IMG/VR virus record: IMGVR_UViG_3300035670_000155
From: an uncultured virus (IMG/VR IMGVR_UViG_3300035670_000155)
Lineage: Duplodnaviria > Heunggongvirae > Uroviricota > Caudoviricetes
Length of the DNA: 20,000 nucleotides
Reading direction: 5' to 3' (one strand)
The notes under the pieces are model-generated. The model was given only the letters and a program-made list of their open reading frames with translations, made no database searches and had not been told where the DNA came from. Positions 15,358 to 20,000 of the stretch are shown here, piece after piece. Position numbers and translations under genes: made by a program. Positions within the stretch are counted from its first letter, which is position 1. Every line of letters starts with the position of its first letter.

Positions 15358-16066
15358 AAACCACCATCTTTATGTGATGTGTCATGGCGATAATTTGCCT
15401 CGCTATGACACACTTGCAACGATGCATCGAATGCGATTAGGAGCTGAAAAGTTGAGCGTTTATGATCAAATTGACTTGGCGCATAGTGGATGGATTCTTG
15501 ATAATCAAGGGCGCAGTATTTCCGAACTGAATAAATGGTGGTCTGAACTGACTGGCATTTACTGGATTGTCAATAATTCGCCTTATGATTTCATTGGCAA
15601 TGCTCAATACAGGCGTAAATGGAGAGACGATGGCTTGGAGCCGTCATCGCCGTCTGTGCTGTATATTCCAGAACCAGAGTATTTTCACTGTTCAGTGGCC
15701 GAACAATACGCAGGCGGGCATAAAGGAATGGATGGAATTGATCAAGCGCTGGCCGCTGCAGACAGAGGAGAGCTGCCTCTCTCGAGGGAAAATCTAGAAG
15801 CCGCCTTTGAGCAAAAGGTTTTTTATGGTCACATCATGGCTCGCGGCCCTCATCAGCTTTACTGTCAATTTATGCAAACGCTTCTTGATTGCATGTGGCC
15901 GATATGGGACGATGGGAAAGAGAAAATTATGCAAATTGAAGGCTATAACTGCCGCTACATTTCTTTCTTGGCCGAGCGCATCATGACAGCCCTCGTTCTC
16001 CATCGAGACAAAGTGTGGCATGGCATGACCATTGAAACTGCTCCCATTCAGTTCTTCGGCCCCTAA
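15341..16066 (+). CDS. DUF4422-like glycosyltransferase
   Basis: DN.G.SISELN.WWSELTGIYW, FIG.AQYRR, R...FLAERI. Confidence 0.78.
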   Translation: MSTQAKNHHLYVMCHGDNLPRYDTLATMHRMRLGAEKLSVYDQIDLAHSGWILDNQGRSISELNKWWSELTGIYWIVNNSPYDFIGNAQYRRKWRDDGLEPSSPSVLYIPEPEYFHCSVAEQYAGGHKGMDGIDQALAAADRGELPLSRENLEAAFEQKVFYGHIMARGPHQLYCQFMQTLLDCMWPIWDDGKEKIMQIEGYNCRYISFLAERIMTALVLHRDKVWHGMTIETAPIQFFGP

Positions 16067-16086
16067 ACTAAAAGAAAACCATTGCC

Positions 16087-16650
16087 ATGACAGCGAAAGA
16101 AAAGCAAGCCAAAGTGGCTTTTGTCATGCGCGAATTCCAAGCTGGCAAGCTGAAAAGCAGCAGCGGCGAAACAGTGAAAAGCGCTCAACGGGCTCTCGCA
16201 ATTGCCCTGGCCGAAGCTGGCCTGTCTCGCAAGCCTAAAAAGGACATGGGCGACGAATACTATATGGCCTTCATGAAGGAGCTGGCTACAGAAAAAGAGG
16301 ACAAAGAAGACGCCGAATCATTTTCCCCTCCATCGTCTGTTCGAGCCGCAGCGCGTCGTGGTCTTGAGCTTCGTAAAAAGCATGGCAAAGGTGGTTTGAC
16401 CACGCAAGAAGCCGGCAAGCAAGGCATTGGTAGCGGCGTGGCAAGGGCTACGAGCCTGGCCAATGGAGAAGCAGTGAGCTATGAAACCATTAAGCGAATG
16501 GCGGCGTTTTTTTCGCGGCACGAAAAGAACTTTGCTGGAGGAGAGGACGATGCTGGTTTTATTTCAATGTTGCTTTGGGGCGGAGCTGCGGGCAGGGCGT
16601 GGGCCAATCGCATTATTAAGATGGTGGAAAGCCGCAAAAGGGACCAATGA
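16087..16650 (+). CDS. DUF6496-like domain fused to a second phage head-associated domain
   Basis: KVAFVMREFQAGKLKSSSG..VKS...ALAIALAEA (DUF6496-like), then PP..VRAAARRGL...GVARA..LANG...TIKRM..FFSRH...LWGG.AGRAWA. Confidence 0.75.
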   Translation: MTAKEKQAKVAFVMREFQAGKLKSSSGETVKSAQRALAIALAEAGLSRKPKKDMGDEYYMAFMKELATEKEDKEDAESFSPPSSVRAAARRGLELRKKHGKGGLTTQEAGKQGIGSGVARATSLANGEAVSYETIKRMAAFFSRHEKNFAGGEDDAGFISMLLWGGAAGRAWANRIIKMVESRKRDQ

Positions 16651-16958
16651 GCGAATATGTGCGCGTGATTGAAGAGGAAGAAGAAGACGGCATTGGCATT
16701 TTGAAGGCTCTGGCCATTCTTTCGGCCCATGAGCATCGCAGCACTTCGCATTGGCGCTTGGTCGAAAGGCAACATTTCAAGAATGGTCGCCTTGACGAAA
16801 CGCATATTTTTGTGGAAAGTTTCTACGAAAAGCCGGACGAACATTTTGAGCCAGTGAAAATGCTCACTTTTGAGGCCGAGGCAATTGCGAAAGCTTACGT
16901 CATGGAGGGAGTGGAAGAGCAAATTCGCTCCATTCAGGATGAAGACGAGGACGATTGA
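16647..16958 (+). CDS. Hypothetical acidic protein
   Basis: ATGA overlap with the upstream gene; 103 aa. Confidence 0.7.
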   Translation: MSEYVRVIEEEEEDGIGILKALAILSAHEHRSTSHWRLVERQHFKNGRLDETHIFVESFYEKPDEHFEPVKMLTFEAEAIAKAYVMEGVEEQIRSIQDEDEDD

Positions 16959-17209
16959 GCATATACAAAGTAATTTGGCATGCCGAGCAGCGACAAAATA
17001 GAAATGTTGTACAAGCCGCTTAGCACTCTAATTTGAGCGCAATCAGGAGAAAGAATGCCTTGTTCCATGCGGGAATAAGAGCTTTGGCTGATATTAAGCT
17101 CGCGAGCAACGTCGCACTGTTTTAGCCCTGAATTAAGACGAGCTTCTTTGATCCTTGCAGCTATGAGCGCTTTTGCAGCTCTATAGCTCATGCTTGGCAC
17201 CTCAAACAT
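16934..17209 (-). CDS. XRE/Cro-family HTH transcriptional regulator (start uncertain)
   Basis: RIKEARLNSGLKQCDVARELNISQSSYSRMEQG..SP; -10 TATGCT (minus) at 17238-17243. Confidence 0.85.
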   Translation of the reverse strand: MFEVPSMSYRAAKALIAARIKEARLNSGLKQCDVARELNISQSSYSRMEQGILSPDCAQIRVLSGLYNISILSLLGMPNYFVYAQSSSSSS

Positions 17210-17270
17210 CGCTCTATTCAGCGTTGAATACGGTTGCAGCATAACGCAATGCTTTTGCTAATGTTAATAC

Positions 17271-18464
17271 ATGAGCGAAACTTCTTTTCGTTACGATGTC
17301 GCGCCCATAGAAAAGTACGAGCTAACCCCTGAAGGTTATCTTCGCACTTGGGCTACTATTGCTCGCACTGGCGTACAAATGTACACCGATGCGGGCGGTG
17401 GAGTGCGGCGTGAATATCGTCCCGAAGAAGAAGTGGGCTCGCCAGAAAGCCTCGCTTCGTTTGCGGGCAAGGCTGTAACTTTTGAGCATCCTCCCGCTCT
17501 GCTTGATAGCGCCAACACGAAAGACTATCAAATTGGTTTTTCGGGCACTGAAGTGGTTTACGACAACGGCTTTGTCCGTGCAGTCATGACCATTACAGAC
17601 AAGGACGCAATTGAGCGGATCATGCGGGGTGATGCAAAAGAAGTGAGTGCTGGTTACAGGGTGCAATTTGACCCGACGCCTGGCATTGCGGACAATGGTG
17701 AACATTACGACGGCATCCAGCGGATGATCGACGGCAATCACATTGCAGTTGTTCGCAGGGGCAGGGCAGGCCCGCAGGTGAAGCTTCATCTAGATCGCCT
17801 AGATGCCGCCGACCCATCTTTACTATCTCCCATTGAGGAACCATCTATGACTGCAAAGGTCAATTTTGATGGCGCCGAGTTCGAGGTGAGCGAGAGCGTT
17901 GCTCTGGCGATCACCAAAGAGCGCGAAGATGCCAAAATGTCCTACGAGGACATGAAGAAAAAATACGATGCCATGATGTCCGAGGCTTCCAAAATGAAGG
18001 AAGAAATGGACGCCATGAGCAAAGAAATGAAGGGCAAGTGCGATGCTGCCGAAGGTCGCGCCGATGCTCTCGAGCAAGAGCTTGAAGCTGCACGTGCCGA
18101 GCTTGACTCCGCCAAGGAAATCAATCTCGACTCGCTGGTCGAAGAGCGCGTTGCGCTGATCGACAAAGCTCGCACCACTCTGGACAGTGAGTTTGATTTC
18201 TCTGGCAAGAGTGCCCGTGAAGTCATGGAGGCTGCCATTAAAGCAGTCCGTGGCGATGCTTTTGATCTGTCGGAGCGTTCCGACGATTACGTGCAAGCCA
18301 TGTTCGACACCCTGGCTGAACTGCCTCGGACTGATTCGGCCGCCACTGACGAGCTGCGCAAAGCCGTTGCTTCCATCGCCTCCCCCGCTTCTGCTCCTGC
18401 TTCCTATATGGAGCGCCTGCAGAATGCTTGGAAGGCTCCTCTTTCCATCTCCAAGGAGCGCTGA
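17271..18464 (+). CDS. DUF2213 prohead protease/scaffold
   Basis: TPEGYL, ARTGVQ.Y, VTFEHP, EVSAGY, NHIAVV..GRAG, followed by a coiled-coil acidic C-terminal half. Confidence 0.9.
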   Translation: MSETSFRYDVAPIEKYELTPEGYLRTWATIARTGVQMYTDAGGGVRREYRPEEEVGSPESLASFAGKAVTFEHPPALLDSANTKDYQIGFSGTEVVYDNGFVRAVMTITDKDAIERIMRGDAKEVSAGYRVQFDPTPGIADNGEHYDGIQRMIDGNHIAVVRRGRAGPQVKLHLDRLDAADPSLLSPIEEPSMTAKVNFDGAEFEVSESVALAITKEREDAKMSYEDMKKKYDAMMSEASKMKEEMDAMSKEMKGKCDAAEGRADALEQELEAARAELDSAKEINLDSLVEERVALIDKARTTLDSEFDFSGKSAREVMEAAIKAVRGDAFDLSERSDDYVQAMFDTLAELPRTDSAATDELRKAVASIASPASAPASYMERLQNAWKAPLSISKER

Positions 18465-18467
18465 TCC

Positions 18468-19028
18468 ATGGCCGTTACTTTCACCCCTTCGGGCACGGCT
18501 GCTGCAGGTGGTGTTCAGCAGAGCTACGCTCTTGAGCTGACCGCCCTCCTGGAAGGCCAACTGTCCGACATTCGCGACAACACCATTGGCACCTACGTCA
18601 ACGAGACGGATGCTGTCATTGCTTTCGGCAATGTCGTTGCTTATGCCAGCGGCGGCACCGTTGCTAATTCTGCTAAGACTCTCGGCGACACGGGCGAAAC
18701 CGTTGTTGGCCTGAACGTTCTCACCTACGTGGACGAGACCGCTCTTGACTCCAATAGCCGTCCCGGCGTGAAGAATGAACAAGTGCTGAACGTTGCTAAT
18801 GAAGGCGCTGTTGCTGTGTATGTTCACGGCGATGTCACCCCCGCCACTGCAGTGCGCGTCATTCACACTGCCACTGGCGTCAAGTATGCAGGTCAGTTCA
18901 CTGGCGAAGCCATTGCGAACAAGTCTGCTCTCTTGTCGAATGCCCGTTATCTCACCTCTGTCACCGGCTCCGGCCTGGCGATTGTTGAGCTGAACGGTCC
19001 TTCGTTCACTCTCACCGCTGACACCTGA
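18468..19028 (+). CDS. Head decoration/cement protein
   Basis: Lies between DUF2213 and the MCP. Rich in Ala/Gly/Thr/Val; IAFG..V and G.VAV motifs; strong codon bias. Confidence 0.75.
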   Translation: MAVTFTPSGTAAAGGVQQSYALELTALLEGQLSDIRDNTIGTYVNETDAVIAFGNVVAYASGGTVANSAKTLGDTGETVVGLNVLTYVDETALDSNSRPGVKNEQVLNVANEGAVAVYVHGDVTPATAVRVIHTATGVKYAGQFTGEAIANKSALLSNARYLTSVTGSGLAIVELNGPSFTLTADT

Positions 19029-19042
19029 TAGGAGGCCCTCCA

Positions 19043-19948
19043 ATGTCTGATTTTCGCATGGATGAAGCGGGTCTGTTTCTTGAGCGTCAGCTTGAGTACA
19101 TTCGCCCGCAAGTGTTTGAAGTCACCTACGCCGACATCAAATACCCCACCATTTTGCCTGTGACCAGCGAAGCTGGCCCTGGCGCACAAACCTTCACCTA
19201 CCGCATCATGGATGCCACGGGTGAGTTCCGTCTGATTGCTGACGCCGCTGACGATCTGCCTCGTGCTGACATCAGCCAAACCGAGAAGAGCATCAACATC
19301 CGCTCTTTCGGCGGTAGCTTTGGCTACACCGTTCAGGAACTGCGCGCCGCCCAAATGGCGAACATCGCTCTTGAGCAGCGCCGTGCTAATGCCGTTCGTC
19401 GTGCTTACGAAGAGAAGGTTGAAGCAGTGGCAATGTTCGGTGAGTCCTCGGTGGGCCTGGCCGGCTTCTTCAACAATTCGACGGTTGATCTCGTCATCGC
19501 TGACAAGTGGTTCACTGATAGTGGCACCACTGCTCAAGACATGCTCGAGCTGCTGAACTATGGCGTGACTGCCATCATCAGCGCCTCGAAAATGAAGGAA
19601 GAGCCTGACACCATCCTCATGGCTTATGAGGACTACAACAAGGTGAGCACCACCCGCAATAGCGATTCTTCGGACGTGACCGTCCTGGAATACTTCCTGC
19701 GCACCAATCCCTACATCCGCAACGTCGAGCCCATTAACCAGCTCGCCGCTGCTAATAGCTCGATCGGCAAGAACCGCATGGTCGTCTACAAGCGCGACCC
19801 CGGCAAGGTGCAACTGCACATCCCTCAGCCCCTCGAGCTGTTCCCGCCCCAGCAGCGCGGTCTGGAATTCATCGTTCCCGCCCATGCTCGCGTTGGTGGC
19901 GTGGCTCTCTACTATCCCAAGAGCGTCATTTACGTGCAGGATAACTGA
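19043..19948 (+). CDS. Major capsid protein (DUF2184-like, HK97 fold)
   Basis: FLERQLEYI, ADDLPRAD, FGYTVQEL.AA, RMVVY..DP, GGV..YYP; SD GGAGG upstream. Confidence 0.92.
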   Translation: MSDFRMDEAGLFLERQLEYIRPQVFEVTYADIKYPTILPVTSEAGPGAQTFTYRIMDATGEFRLIADAADDLPRADISQTEKSINIRSFGGSFGYTVQELRAAQMANIALEQRRANAVRRAYEEKVEAVAMFGESSVGLAGFFNNSTVDLVIADKWFTDSGTTAQDMLELLNYGVTAIISASKMKEEPDTILMAYEDYNKVSTTRNSDSSDVTVLEYFLRTNPYIRNVEPINQLAAANSSIGKNRMVVYKRDPGKVQLHIPQPLELFPPQQRGLEFIVPAHARVGGVALYYPKSVIYVQDN

Positions 19949-20000
19949 GCGTAATTGGGGCGTTAAGCTTGAAAGCAGTTCCTTTGAACACTATGTTGAT

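Noticed and set aside
17823..19885. Long antisense ORFs (406 aa and 312 aa) over the scaffold, decoration and capsid genes
   Set aside because: Shadow ORFs caused by the strong codon bias of the sense genes; no motifs or RBS.
1..20000. CRISPR array, DGR/retron reverse transcriptase, integrase or stop-codon recoding
   Set aside because: No repeat-spacer array, RT or recombinase motifs seen. Genes are full length in the standard code and use TAA, TAG and TGA as stops.
19993..20000. Start of the next gene after the MCP (ATG 19993; -10 TAAGCT at 19964-19969)
   Set aside because: Only 8 nt are in the window, so it cannot be characterised.

Overview
Fragment of a tailed dsDNA phage genome. The host is most likely a picocyanobacterium, inferred from the compact cyanophage-type class I RNR, DUF4278-like peptides, NtcA boxes, a glutamine-II-like riboswitch and a CP12-like protein. 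Left part: a glycosyltransferase-like gene running off the edge, nrdA, nrdB, a free-standing NUMOD4-HNH endonuclease, a non-canonical tRNA-Ile-like gene and a metallophosphoesterase. At about 5.0-6.2 kb lies a dense island of small genes and structured RNA that the ORF track largely misses. Right part: terL on the minus strand, divergent from a DUF1073-type portal with fused C-terminal domains, then a MuF-like protein, a six-gene sugar-modification/glycosyltransferase island, a DUF6496 fusion, an XRE regulator, a DUF2213 protease/scaffold, a decoration protein and a DUF2184 major capsid protein. Best candidates for novelty: (1) a phage nitrogen/carbon-status circuit (NtcA boxes in activating and repressing geometry, a glutamine riboswitch controlling a peptide, a CP12-like protein); (2) a roughly 215-nt multi-hairpin ncRNA candidate; (3) a recurrent [R/K/H/N]-x-D motif bracketing cargo domains in head proteins; (4) a glycan-synthesis island inside the head module. 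Family assignments come from motif recognition, not from database searches.
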